Assembly: GCA_964242895.1 (NCBI GenBank)
Contig: CAXTBN010000008.1
Location: 1,674-65,673 of the forward strand
Length of the DNA: 64,000 nucleotides
DNA from: an uncultured Caulobacteraceae bacterium
GTDB lineage: Bacteria > Pseudomonadota > Alphaproteobacteria > Caulobacterales > Caulobacteraceae
Direction of reading: 5' to 3'
The position numbers and the translations under genes are program-made. This document shows, in pieces, positions 10,142 to 19,981 of this stretch (position 1 is the stretch's first letter; every line of letters starts with the position of its first letter). The notes under the pieces were generated by a model, which worked only from the letters and a program-made list of their open reading frames with translations, ran no database searches and was not told the DNA's origin.

Positions 10142-10199
10142 GCGGCTCCGGCGCGCCGGTTGCCGGACGCCGGGCGCGAGCCTAAACGGCGGCCGCCCG

Positions 10200-10970
10200 A
10201 TGCTGTTCGTCCTCTCCCCCGCCAAGACGCTCGACATGACCCCCGCCCCGCCGGAGGTCGCCCCGACCAAGCCCGCGTTCGGCAAGGAGACGGCGGAGCT
10301 GGCCAAGGTGGCCAGGACGCTCAAGGCGGCCGACCTCAAGGCGCTGATGGGGATCAGCGACGGCTTGGCCGAGCTCAACCGCGCGCGCTTCAAGGCCTTC
10401 AAGCTGCGCGGCACCGCCCACGACGTGCCCGCCGCCCTCGCCTTCGCCGGCGACGTCTACGAGGGCCTGCGGGCCCGCGAGCTGGACGAGAGGGCGCTCG
10501 CCTGGGCGCAGGACCACGTGCGCATCCTGTCCGGCCTCTACGGACTGCTCCGGCCGCTGGACGCGATCCAGCCGTACCGGCTGGAGATGGGGATCAAGCT
10601 CGCCAACGCCCGCGCGCCCGACCTCTACGGCTTCTGGGGCGAGCTGCCGGCCAAGGCGCTGCGCTCGGCCAGCCGCGGCATGACGGACAAGACGGTCGTG
10701 AACCTCGCCAGCCAGGAGTACTGGGGCGGGGTGGACGTGGCCGCCCTGAAGCTCCCCGTGCTGACCTGCCTGTTCAAGCAGGAGACGGCGACCGGGATCA
10801 CCCACCCCGGCTTGTACGCCAAGACCGCCCGGGGGCTGATGGCGCGATGGGCGGTCGACCACCGGGCCAAGCGCGCGGTGGACCTCAAGAACTTCGACGC
10901 GCAGGGCTACCGCTTCAACGCGGGACTTAGCGCGGCGGACGCCTACGTCTTCACCCGTCCCCACCCGTAA
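10200..10970 (+). CDS. yaaA: peroxide stress protein YaaA (UPF0246)
   Basis: Signature N-terminus MLFVLSPAKTLD; 256 aa. Confidence 0.88.
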   Translation: MLFVLSPAKTLDMTPAPPEVAPTKPAFGKETAELAKVARTLKAADLKALMGISDGLAELNRARFKAFKLRGTAHDVPAALAFAGDVYEGLRARELDERALAWAQDHVRILSGLYGLLRPLDAIQPYRLEMGIKLANARAPDLYGFWGELPAKALRSASRGMTDKTVVNLASQEYWGGVDVAALKLPVLTCLFKQETATGITHPGLYAKTARGLMARWAVDHRAKRAVDLKNFDAQGYRFNAGLSAADAYVFTRPHP

Positions 10971-10982
10971 CGGAGCCGCCCC

Positions 10983-11660
10983 ATGCCGACCGTCCTCGTC
11001 ACCGGCGCCAACCGCGGCCTCGGCCTGGAGTTTGCCCGCCAGTACCGCGCCGAGGGCTGGGAGGTGATCGCCGGCTGCCGCAAGCCGGACGCAGCGTCCG
11101 AGCTCAAGGCGACGGGCGCGCAGGTGCACGCCGTCGACGTCTCCGACCAGGGCTCGATCAACGGCTTCAAGGCCGCCGTCGGCGACCGGCCGCTCGACGT
11201 GGTGATCGCCAACGCGGGCGTGTACGGCGGCGACCGTCAGGCCAAGCTGGCCGACATCGACTGGGACGCCTGGCTCCAGACGCTGAACGTCAACACGCTG
11301 GGTCCGGTGCGCATCGCCGCCGCCTTCACGGAGAACCTCAAGGCGGCGCGTGGCAAGCTGGTGGCGATCACCAGCCAGCTCGGCTCGGTGGCGGAGAACG
11401 CGTCGGGTGGCCTCCTGGCCTACCGTTCGTCCAAGTCCGGCCTGAACGGCGCGTTCAGGAGCGTCGCGCTGGAGCTCAAGCCAGCGGGTGTCACCGCGAT
11501 CGTCATGCACCCCGGCTGGGTGCAGACCGACATGGGCGGCAAGAACGCGCCCACCACGCCCGAGCAGTCCATCACCGGCATGCGCCAGGTGATCGACGCC
11601 CTGACGCCGGAGGACGCGGGCACGTTCCGCGCCTTCGACGGCCGCACCCTGCCCTGGTGA
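10983..11660 (+). CDS. SDR family oxidoreductase
   Basis: TGANRGLGLE cofactor motif and YRSSK catalytic motif. Confidence 0.85.
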   Translation: MPTVLVTGANRGLGLEFARQYRAEGWEVIAGCRKPDAASELKATGAQVHAVDVSDQGSINGFKAAVGDRPLDVVIANAGVYGGDRQAKLADIDWDAWLQTLNVNTLGPVRIAAAFTENLKAARGKLVAITSQLGSVAENASGGLLAYRSSKSGLNGAFRSVALELKPAGVTAIVMHPGWVQTDMGGKNAPTTPEQSITGMRQVIDALTPEDAGTFRAFDGRTLPW

Positions 11661-12487
11661 GCGAACCCATGCCCCTCGCCCTCCCCGACCTGCGCGGCCG
11701 CGCCGCGGTCGTCACCGGCTCGACCTCCGGCATCGGCGCTGCGCTGGCCGGCTACCTCGCCGCGGCCGGCTGCGACGTGATGCTGAACGGCCTCGGCGAT
11801 CCGGCGGTCATTGAGGCGCAGCGCGCCGCGCTGGAGACCGAACACGATGTGCGCGTGCTCCACCACCCGTCGAACATGCTGAAGCCGGACGAGATCGCCG
11901 ACCTGATCGCCAAGACCCAGGAGGCGTTCGGCCGTCTCGACATCCTCGTCAACAACGCCGGCGTGCAGCACGTGGCCAAGATTGAGGAGTTCCCGCCCGA
12001 GCAGTACGCGCGGATTATCGACGTCAACCTGAACAGCGTGTTCCACACCGTCCACCACGCCTCCAGGATCATGCTGGAGGCCGGCCGCGGGCGGATCGTG
12101 AACATCGCCTCCGCCCACGGCCTGGTCGCCTCGCCGTTCAAGTCGGCCTACTGCGCGTCCAAGTTCGGCGTGGTCGGCTTCACCAAGTCCGTCGCGCTGG
12201 AGTTCGCCGAGGCGACCGCCGCCTCGGGCGCGGACATAACCTGCAACGCCATCTGCCCCGGCTATGTGAAGACGCCGCTGGTGGAGGGCCAGATCGGCGA
12301 CCAGGCCCGCTCGCGCGGGATCAGCGAGGACGCGGTGGTGCGCGACGTGATCCTCGCCACGCATCCGAACAAGCGCTTCGTCGCGTATGAAGATTTGGCC
12401 GGCATGCTGCTGTACCTCGTCTCGGACGCGGGGCGCTCGGTGAACGGGGCGGCCCTGTCCGTCGACGGCGGCTGGACCGCGCGCTAG
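11657..12487 (+). CDS. bdhA: 3-hydroxybutyrate dehydrogenase-like SDR
   Basis: VTGSTSGIG, NNAG, YCASK and NAICPGYVKTPLVE blocks. The GTG start overlaps the upstream stop (GTGA); an ATG at 11669 is an alternative start. Confidence 0.75.
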   Translation: MSEPMPLALPDLRGRAAVVTGSTSGIGAALAGYLAAAGCDVMLNGLGDPAVIEAQRAALETEHDVRVLHHPSNMLKPDEIADLIAKTQEAFGRLDILVNNAGVQHVAKIEEFPPEQYARIIDVNLNSVFHTVHHASRIMLEAGRGRIVNIASAHGLVASPFKSAYCASKFGVVGFTKSVALEFAEATAASGADITCNAICPGYVKTPLVEGQIGDQARSRGISEDAVVRDVILATHPNKRFVAYEDLAGMLLYLVSDAGRSVNGAALSVDGGWTAR

Positions 12488-12519
12488 GCTCACATGTCCG
12501 GGGCGGAACGATAAAACCC

Positions 12520-12948
12520 ATGATCGACGAACTCATCGCGCGCGCGAGCACGGCCACCGGGCTGAGCGCCGACCAGGCGCGCGCCGGGCTCGCGGCCGCC
12601 CTGAGCCTGATCAACAAGCACGGCGACGCCGCCAAGACGGGCGAGCTGTTCAACGCCGTCCCCGGGTCGGAAGGCCTAGCGCACGAGGGCGACGCCATGA
12701 CCGCGCAGAAGTCCGGCGGCCTGCTGGGCGGCCTGATGCGCGGGGCGGGCGGCGCTTCCGGCGCAGCGATGAGCGACGCCATGGCGGTCGGCCAGAAGCT
12801 CGCCAAGCAGGGCGTCACGCTCGCCGACATGCAGAACATCCTGCCCGTGGCCATGGAGTTCGTGCGCGAGAAGACCGGCCGCGACCTGCTGCAGGACGTG
12901 CTGCACTCCATCCCCGGCATCGGCGGCATGCTGACCGCGGGCGGCTGA
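12520..12948 (+). CDS. hypothetical protein with Gly/Ala-rich linker (loosely DUF2780-like)
   Basis: 142 aa, high GC3. The family assignment is only an impression. Confidence 0.45.
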   Translation: MIDELIARASTATGLSADQARAGLAAALSLINKHGDAAKTGELFNAVPGSEGLAHEGDAMTAQKSGGLLGGLMRGAGGASGAAMSDAMAVGQKLAKQGVTLADMQNILPVAMEFVREKTGRDLLQDVLHSIPGIGGMLTAGG

Positions 12949-13036
12949 GCGCAGCCGCGCTTGCCCTCGGCGGACCGGCCCCTAGAGTGCCGGCCGCACA
13001 ACTGATCAACGACAAGTCACAGGGAAGACACCTCTT

Positions 13037-14227
13037 ATGGCCGACGCCGTCATCGTCTCCTACGCCCGCACCGGCCTCGCCAAGAGCATCCGCGGCGGCT
13101 TCAACGCCACCCACGGCGCGAGCATGGGCGGCCACGCCATCCAGCACGCCATGGAACGCGCCAAGGTCGACCCCAAGGAGGTCGAGGAGGTGGTCATGGG
13201 CAGCGGCAACCCCGAGGGCGCGACCGGCGGCAACATCGGCCGCCTCGCCGCCATGCGCGCGGGCTGCCCGGTCACCACCTCGGGCTCGACGGTGAACCGC
13301 TTCTGCTCGTCGGGGCTGAACGCCATCGCCGTGGCCGCCAACTACGTGCGCAACGAGGGGGCCAAGGTGGCCGTGGGCGCGGGCGTGGAGAGCATTTCGC
13401 TCGTCCAGTTCGGCGGGCACATGAACACCTACATGTACACCGAAGAGACGCTGATGAACGAGCATCCCGCCCTGTGGATGCCGATGATCGACACCGCCGA
13501 CAACGTCGCCCAGCGCTACGGCCTCTCCCGCGAATACCAGGACGAGTACGCGCTGCGCTCGCAGCAGCGCATCGCGGCCGCGCAGACCAACGGCGTCTTC
13601 AAGGACGAGATCGTGCCCATGAAGACCAAGATGAAGGTGGTGAACAAGGAGACCAAGGAGGAATCCATGGTCGACGTCACCGTCGACAAGGACGAGTGCA
13701 ACCGTCCCCAGACCACGATCGACGACCTTTCCAAGTTGAAGACTGTACGCGAGGGCGAGGGCAAGTTCGTCACCGCCGGCAACGCCAGCCAGCTGTCGGA
13801 CGGGGCCGCCGCCGTGGTGGTGATGGATTCCAAGGAGGCCGAGCGCCGAGGGCTCGAGCCGCTGGGGATCTTCAAGGGCTTCGCCGTCGCCGGCTGCGAG
13901 CCCGACGAAATGGGCATCGGCCCCGTGTTCGCCGTCCCGCGCCTCTTGGAGCGCCACGGCCTGAAGGTGGACGACATCGACCTGTGGGAGCTGAACGAGG
14001 CCTTCGCCAGCCAGTGCCTCTACAGCCGCGACAAGCTCGGCATCGACCCGGAGAAGTACAACGTCAACGGCGGCTCCATCGCCATCGGCCACCCCTACGG
14101 CATGACCGGCGCGCGCTGCACCGGCCACGTGCTGATGGAGGGCCGCCGCCGCGGGGCGAAGCACGCGGTGGTGACCATGTGCGTGGGCGGCGGCATGGGC
14201 GCCGCGGGGCTGTTCGAGGTCCTCTGA
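13037..14227 (+). CDS. acetyl-CoA C-acyltransferase (thiolase)
   Basis: Active-site blocks [24 protein letters not shown] and CVGGGMG. Confidence 0.9.
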   Translation: MADAVIVSYARTGLAKSIRGGFNATHGASMGGHAIQHAMERAKVDPKEVEEVVMGSGNPEGATGGNIGRLAAMRAGCPVTTSGSTVNRFCSSGLNAIAVAANYVRNEGAKVAVGAGVESISLVQFGGHMNTYMYTEETLMNEHPALWMPMIDTADNVAQRYGLSREYQDEYALRSQQRIAAAQTNGVFKDEIVPMKTKMKVVNKETKEESMVDVTVDKDECNRPQTTIDDLSKLKTVREGEGKFVTAGNASQLSDGAAAVVVMDSKEAERRGLEPLGIFKGFAVAGCEPDEMGIGPVFAVPRLLERHGLKVDDIDLWELNEAFASQCLYSRDKLGIDPEKYNVNGGSIAIGHPYGMTGARCTGHVLMEGRRRGAKHAVVTMCVGGGMGAAGLFEVL

Positions 14228-14236
14228 GGCGCGAAC

Positions 14237-14260
14237 GCCCTCCGGCCCGGGCCGGAGGGC
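14237..14260. terminator. GC-rich perfect palindrome between convergent genes (possible bidirectional terminator)
   Basis: GCCCTCCGGCC/GGCCGGAGGGC 11-bp arms between the thiolase stop (14227) and the urcA-like stop (14268). No U-tract. Confidence 0.4.
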
Positions 14261-14267
14261 GCCGTCG

Positions 14268-14573
14268 TCAGCGGCTGGCGACCTGCGTCAGGGCCGGCGC
14301 GGAGCGGGCCGTGCGGGCCAGCTTCGCCCGATGCAGGGCCGCGTTGTAGGTGGCGCTGACGCAGACCTCGTCACGCCCGTTCATGAAGCGCGGGTCGGTG
14401 CGGCACACCGCCTCCGCGGCGCGCGCGAGTTCGGCGCGGATGGCGGGCATCGGCTTGCCGTCGATGTCGACGACCACCCTGTCCACCAGAGTTTCGGATC
14501 GAGATGTCTGAGCATGGGCCGCGCCGGAAGCGGTCAGCAGGACGGCGGCGGCGAGAGCGACGTGGAAGGTCAT
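14268..14573 (-). CDS. UrcA family secreted protein
   Basis: Signal peptide ending AHAQ. C-terminal conserved Cys pair region (AVCRTD...EVCVSATYNAA) typical of UrcA-like proteins. Confidence 0.65.
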   Translation of the reverse strand: MTFHVALAAAVLLTASGAAHAQTSRSETLVDRVVVDIDGKPMPAIRAELARAAEAVCRTDPRFMNGRDEVCVSATYNAALHRAKLARTARSAPALTQVASR

Positions 14574-14638
14574 GGCTGGAGTTCCCTTGGTTAGTGGAAA
14601 ACTCCTCCCCTATGCCTCTGACGGGCAGTGACGCTGAG

Positions 14639-14665
14639 GGTTGTGCTTCGAGAAGCGCACGTCAA
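14639..14665 (-). promoter_or_regulatory. candidate housekeeping (sigma-73-like) promoter for the urcA-like gene
   Basis: Minus strand reads TTGACG-N13-GCACAACC, close to the Caulobacter consensus TTGACGS-N10-14-GCTANAWC, about 65 nt upstream of the ATG. Confidence 0.35.
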
Positions 14666-14782
14666 GCGGAGATGTCGCGTCCAGATCATTTAGACATTAT
14701 GACCAGATATGAAAAAGTGGCCTGACGTGACTTGCAGTTTATTTCCACGTTTCTGACGTGGACGCGCAACGCGCGTTCCATG

Positions 14783-15667
14783 TCAGTCGAGGGAGACGCG
14801 CTCCCACGCGGCCGGCGTCGCCATCAGCTCGGCGACCAGCGCGTGGTTGAGCTCGTGGCCGATGTCGCGGCCCGACAGCCGCCCCAGCACGGGCGCGCCC
14901 ACGAGGGACAGGTCGCCGACGAGGTCCAGCAGGCGGTGGCGGACGAACTCGTCGGGAAAGCGCATCCCGCCGATCACCCGGCCGCCCACCACCGCCGCCA
15001 CCGTCCGCGGCGTGGCCCCGCGCAGCAGCGGCCGGCCCGTGACGTGGCTCCACATCTTGGCCGGCAGCGCCCACTTCACCCGCCCGAAGCTGCGCGCCGG
15101 CGCCAGCTCCCGCACGTAGCTCTCCGGCGTCACAACGCCCGCCCAGCGCATCTCCGGGAAGTGCGAGAGCTTGAGCGCGCCCTCGATCTCCAGCCGCCCG
15201 GCCGGCTCGATCCGCAGCCGCCGCGCGCCGTCGGCGACCTCCACGGGCGCGAGCACGCGCAGGTAGGTGCGCGGCGCCCCCGCCCGCTCCACCCGCCCCG
15301 CCCCGGCGATCGCCGCGCACCAGGGCGCGGCCGAACCGTCGAGGATCGGCAGCTCCTCCGAGTCGAGCTCCACGCGCGCGTCGTCCACCTCGAACGCAGA
15401 GAGCGCGGATAGCAGGTGCTCGACCGTGCGGACCAGCGATACGCCGTCGTCACAGCGCAGCGCCGTGCACAGCGGCTGCGTCACGCGCCGGCGCCAGTCC
15501 GCGGGCGCACGCACGCCGCTGCGGTCGGTGCGTACGAACGTCACGCCGTGACCCGACGGCGCAGGCGAGACCGTCGCGGTGGCGCGCGCGCCAGTGTGCA
15601 GCCCCCGTCCGGTGAGCACGAAGGGCCGCGCCAGGGTCGCGCGCAGGCGGGAGAGCGGAGCCGTCAC
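14783..15667 (-). CDS. lpxC: UDP-3-O-acyl-N-acetylglucosamine deacetylase-like protein (LpxC family)
   Basis: LpxC blocks GRGLHTG, TVEHLLSAL, ILDGSAAPW, DEFVRHRLLDLVGDL and GHELNH (zinc and catalytic His/Asp retained). GTG at 15667 follows AGAGGGGG; the track start (TTG 15697) is less likely. Confidence 0.78.
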   Translation of the reverse strand: MTAPLSRLRATLARPFVLTGRGLHTGARATATVSPAPSGHGVTFVRTDRSGVRAPADWRRRVTQPLCTALRCDDGVSLVRTVEHLLSALSAFEVDDARVELDSEELPILDGSAAPWCAAIAGAGRVERAGAPRTYLRVLAPVEVADGARRLRIEPAGRLEIEGALKLSHFPEMRWAGVVTPESYVRELAPARSFGRVKWALPAKMWSHVTGRPLLRGATPRTVAAVVGGRVIGGMRFPDEFVRHRLLDLVGDLSLVGAPVLGRLSGRDIGHELNHALVAELMATPAAWERVSLD

Positions 15668-15718
15668 GCCCCCTCTTAGCTCGCAGACGCCCGCCAAATC
15701 ACTCTAGCCTCGGCGGCG

Positions 15719-16846
15719 ATGGAGGATGAACGGCCCGGCTTCTACGAATTCTTCGCCGGCGCGGGCTTGGCGCGGGAGGGGCTCGGCCCGGCTTGGCGCC
15801 CCCTGTTCGCCAACGACCTCGATCCCATGAAGGCCGCCGCCTATCGGCTTAACGGCGACGGCGCGCACCTGCGCGAGGGCGACGTCTGGAGACTCACCGC
15901 CGCCGACCTGCCCGGCCGCGCCGACCTCGCCTGGGCCTCTTCCCCCTGCCAGGACCTGAGCCTCGCCGGCCGCCGCGGCGGGCTGGACGCGCACCGCTCG
16001 GGCGCGTTCTGGGGCTTCCACCGCCTCCTGGCCGCCCTCGCTCGGGAGGGCCGCGCGCCAGCCACTGTGGTGCTGGAGAACGTGTGCGGCCTGCTCTCCT
16101 CCCGCGGCGGCGAAGACTTCACCGCCCTTGTCGGCGCGATGGTCGACCTGAGCTACACCGTCGGTGCCCTCGAAATCGACGCCGCGCACTGGACGCCCCA
16201 GTCGCGCCCTCGCCTGTTCCTGGTCGCGGCGCGGGACGCCGTAGATCCCGCCCTTGTCCAGTCCGCGCCCGCAGGTCCCTTCCATACGCGCCGGCTGGTC
16301 GCGGCGGTCGAGGCGCTGCCGGCGCCGGCGCGGAGCCGCACCGTCTGGTGGCGGCTCGCCGCGCCCGTCGCCCGCAATGCGGCGCTGGCCGACGTGCTGG
16401 AGCCGGACGACGCCGTCACCTGGCACGCGCCCGCCCGCACGACCCGGCTGCTGGAGCTGCTGTCCTCGCTCCACGCCGAGCGCCTCCGCGCCGGATCGGG
16501 GCGCCGCGCGGGCACGCTGTACCGCCGCATGCGCCTGGAGAACGGCCGCAAGGTGCAGCGCGCGGAGCTCCGGCTGGACGGCTTGGCCGGCTGCCTGCGC
16601 ACGCCGGCGGGCGGCTCCTCGCGCCAGTTCGTGCTCGTGGCCGACGGCGACGACGTGCGCACCCGCGGCCTGACCCCGCGCGAGGCGGCGCGCCTGATGG
16701 GCCTGCCCGACGACTTCCGCCTGCCCGCCTCCACCAGCGCCGCCCTGAAGGTCGTCGGCGACGCGGTCAGCGTCCCCGCCGTGCGCTGGCTCGCCGCCGG
16801 CCTGCTGGAGCCGCTCGTGCGGGGACGCGCCTTGCGGGCCGCCTAG
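15719..16846 (+). CDS. dcm: DNA (cytosine-5)-methyltransferase
   Basis: All core motifs are present: I FFAGAGL, IV SSPCQDLS, VI ENV, VIII QSRPRLF, X GDAVSVP. Confidence 0.9.
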   Translation: MEDERPGFYEFFAGAGLAREGLGPAWRPLFANDLDPMKAAAYRLNGDGAHLREGDVWRLTAADLPGRADLAWASSPCQDLSLAGRRGGLDAHRSGAFWGFHRLLAALAREGRAPATVVLENVCGLLSSRGGEDFTALVGAMVDLSYTVGALEIDAAHWTPQSRPRLFLVAARDAVDPALVQSAPAGPFHTRRLVAAVEALPAPARSRTVWWRLAAPVARNAALADVLEPDDAVTWHAPARTTRLLELLSSLHAERLRAGSGRRAGTLYRRMRLENGRKVQRAELRLDGLAGCLRTPAGGSSRQFVLVADGDDVRTRGLTPREAARLMGLPDDFRLPASTSAALKVVGDAVSVPAVRWLAAGLLEPLVRGRALRAA

Positions 16847-16882
16847 CACGCGCTTGCAGCGGAGGTGACGCCGCTTGCAGCG
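16831..16882 (+). promoter_or_regulatory. three helically phased CTTGC(A/G)G repeats upstream of cysK
   Basis: CTTGCGGGC at 16831, then the exact 11-mer CGCTTGCAGCG at 16851 and 16872 (21-22 bp phasing). TATATT lies 7 nt before the cysK ATG. Confidence 0.3.
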
Positions 16883-16924
16883 AACCTGAACCCGCCCTCG
16901 CCGCGTCGCGCCTATATTGGCCCC

Positions 16925-17911
<987 letters not shown>

Positions 17912-18044
17912 GCGGTCCAGCCTCGCTCGCCCGGCGCTGAGGAAAACTTCACCGATCAGGCCTAGCTTGGCGTCGCCCCGGGTCTGGCGCGCCGGCGCGC
18001 AATCGCCATATGGCCGGTTGCAGTTCGCGTCCCCGAGAAGCCCC

Positions 18045-18200
18045 GTGACCAACTTCCTCTCCCTCCTGTGCGCGCTGGCGATGCTCGCCGGCGCCGTCGC
18101 CTTCGCCCATGCGGGCGGCGACAAGGTCTCCTTCGTCGAGTTGGGCGCCGCGCCCGCGGCCGCCGTCTCGCCGCACGGGAGCGCCACCCTCCCGGCGTGA
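18045..18200 (+). CDS. 51-codon ORF encoding a putative exported/membrane peptide
   Basis: GTG start. Signal-like VTNFLSLLCALAMLAGAVAFAHA. All but one of the 51 sense codons end in G or C. Its stop overlaps the vsr GTG (GTGA). Confidence 0.4.
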   Translation: MTNFLSLLCALAMLAGAVAFAHAGGDKVSFVELGAAPAAAVSPHGSATLPA

Positions 18201-18634
18201 CCGCCGAGCCCTCCGCCCCCGCGACCACGGACGTCTTCACGCCCGAGCAGCGCTCGGCCGTGATGGCGCGGATCAAGGGGCGTGACACAGGGCCCGAGCG
18301 CGCCGTCCGCCGCCTGCTTACCGCCATGGGGCTTCGCTACCGCCTGCAGCGGCGCGACCTGCCCGGGCGACCCGACCTCGCGCTCGCACCGCGCAAGGTG
18401 GCCGTGTTCGTGCACGGCTGCTTCTGGCACGGCCACGACTGCCCGCGCGGAAGCCGCAAGCCGAAGCAGAACGCGGAGTTCTGGGCCGCCAAGATCGCCC
18501 GCAACCGCGCCCGCGACGCGCGCAACCTCGACGATCTCGCCGCGCTCGGCTGGCGCGGCCTGACCGTCTGGGAGTGCGAGTTGCGCGACGAGGCGGCGCT
18601 ACGCGCGCGGCTGGAGCGCGAGCTGCCGCGCTGA
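18197..18634 (+). CDS. vsr: very short patch repair endonuclease
   Basis: Collinear with E. coli Vsr (RSAVMARIKGRDTGPE, PGRPDLA, FVHGCFWHGH, TVWECEL). The GTG start was chosen because the ATG at 18068 adds an Arg-rich out-of-context extension. Confidence 0.85.
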   Translation: MTAEPSAPATTDVFTPEQRSAVMARIKGRDTGPERAVRRLLTAMGLRYRLQRRDLPGRPDLALAPRKVAVFVHGCFWHGHDCPRGSRKPKQNAEFWAAKIARNRARDARNLDDLAALGWRGLTVWECELRDEAALRARLERELPR

Positions 18635-18689
18635 ACGCGAGCGGCGGCGAGGCGTTCTCTCGAGCTTCCCGTACGCGAAAGAGCCGCCC

Positions 18690-19544
18690 ATGCCTTCCGA
18701 CAGCACGCCCGTCTGGTTCATCACCGGCTGCTCCACCGGCTTCGGCCGCGAGGCCGCCAAGGCGGTGCTCGACCGCGGGTGGCGCGCCGTGGTCACCGCG
18801 CGCGACGCGTCCAAGGTGGCCGACCTCGCCGAGGGCCGAGGCGACAACGCGCTGGTTCAGGCGCTCGACGTCGACGACCAAGCCTCGATCGACGCGGCCG
18901 TGAAGGCGGCGCAGGCGCGGTTCGGTCGGATCGACGTGCTGCTGAACAACGCCGGCTACGGCTACCAGAGCTCGGTCGAGGAGGGGGAGGACAAGGAGAT
19001 CCGCGCCCAGTTCGAGACCAACGTCTTCGGCCTGTTCGCGATCACCCGCGCCGTGCTGCCGATCATGCGCGCGCAGCGGAGCGGCCGCATCCTGAACGTG
19101 ACCTCCGTCGGCGGCCTGATCGGCTTCCCGAGCTCCGGCTATTATTCGGCCACCAAGCACGCGGTGGAGGGCTGGTCGGACTCGCTGAAGGCCGAGGTGG
19201 AGCCGCTGGGCATCAAGGTCACCTGCGTCGAGCCCGGCCCTTTCCGCACCGACTGGGCGGGCCGTTCGCTCAAACAGACCAAGAGCAAGATCGCGGATTA
19301 CGCCGAGACCGCGCAGAAGCGCATGGAGATGACCAGCGGTTACAGCGGCGCCCAGGTCGGTGACCCGGTGCGCGCCGCCCACGCCATGGTCGACCTCAGC
19401 CAGGAGGCGGACCCGCCCCGACACCTCGTGCTGGGAAAGTTCGGCTGGGACGCCGCCGTCAAGAAGCTGCACGAGCGTCTGGCGGAGATCGAGAGCCGTC
19501 GCGACACGGCGCTCGCCACCGACTTTCCTGACGGCGAAGGCTGA
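18690..19544 (+). CDS. SDR family oxidoreductase
   Basis: ITGCSTGFG, NNAG and YSATK motifs. Confidence 0.85.
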   Translation: MPSDSTPVWFITGCSTGFGREAAKAVLDRGWRAVVTARDASKVADLAEGRGDNALVQALDVDDQASIDAAVKAAQARFGRIDVLLNNAGYGYQSSVEEGEDKEIRAQFETNVFGLFAITRAVLPIMRAQRSGRILNVTSVGGLIGFPSSGYYSATKHAVEGWSDSLKAEVEPLGIKVTCVEPGPFRTDWAGRSLKQTKSKIADYAETAQKRMEMTSGYSGAQVGDPVRAAHAMVDLSQEADPPRHLVLGKFGWDAAVKKLHERLAEIESRRDTALATDFPDGEG

Positions 19545-19548
19545 GGCC

Positions 19549-19980
19549 CTAGGGCGCGCTCCTCTCAAGCGTGAGCGGGTCGCGCCGGCCGGCGCACAGA
19601 GCGTCGAGCGCGCGCGCGAATACCGGCTCGTCCGGTGCGGCCGCCTCGAACAGCGTCAGGCTCGAGCGGAGCTTGAGGTCGTCGGGCGAGCCGAACACCT
19701 CAAGCGCAGTGCGGCCGGCGAGCTCCGCCACCGCGCCCGCGATCTCCCGCAGCCGCGGGCCGAGAACCGGGTGGGCGAGGTAGGCGCGCGCCTCGTCCGG
19801 CCCGCTCAGCGCGTAGTGCTGCGCCGTCGGGCTGGAGCCCAGGCCGGCCACCTGCGGAAAGACGAACCACATCCAGTGGCTGGTCTTCCTGCCACGCCGC
19901 ACCTCGGCCAACGCCTGGGCGTAGGTTCCCTCCTGCGCCCGCACGAAACGGGCGAGGTCGAAGGGATCGCCGTCCGCCAT
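19549..19980 (-). CDS. DUF1810 family protein
   Basis: Characteristic SHWMWFVFPQ block; 143 aa. Confidence 0.75.
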   Translation of the reverse strand: MADGDPFDLARFVRAQEGTYAQALAEVRRGRKTSHWMWFVFPQVAGLGSSPTAQHYALSGPDEARAYLAHPVLGPRLREIAGAVAELAGRTALEVFGSPDDLKLRSSLTLFEAAAPDEPVFARALDALCAGRRDPLTLERSAP

Positions 19981-19981
19981 C

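Noticed and set aside
14504-14725. A 73-aa plus-strand ORF, and tiny minus-strand ORFs, inside the AT-rich spacer.
   Set aside because: The plus-strand ORF begins antisense to the urcA-like coding region. Third-position GC is low and irregular. No ribosome-binding site or family resemblance is visible.
17987-18000. A 14-bp perfect palindrome GCGCGCCGGCGCGC between cysK and the mini-ORF.
   Set aside because: Pure G/C palindromes of this length are unremarkable at this base composition. It has no loop or tail to suggest a terminator.
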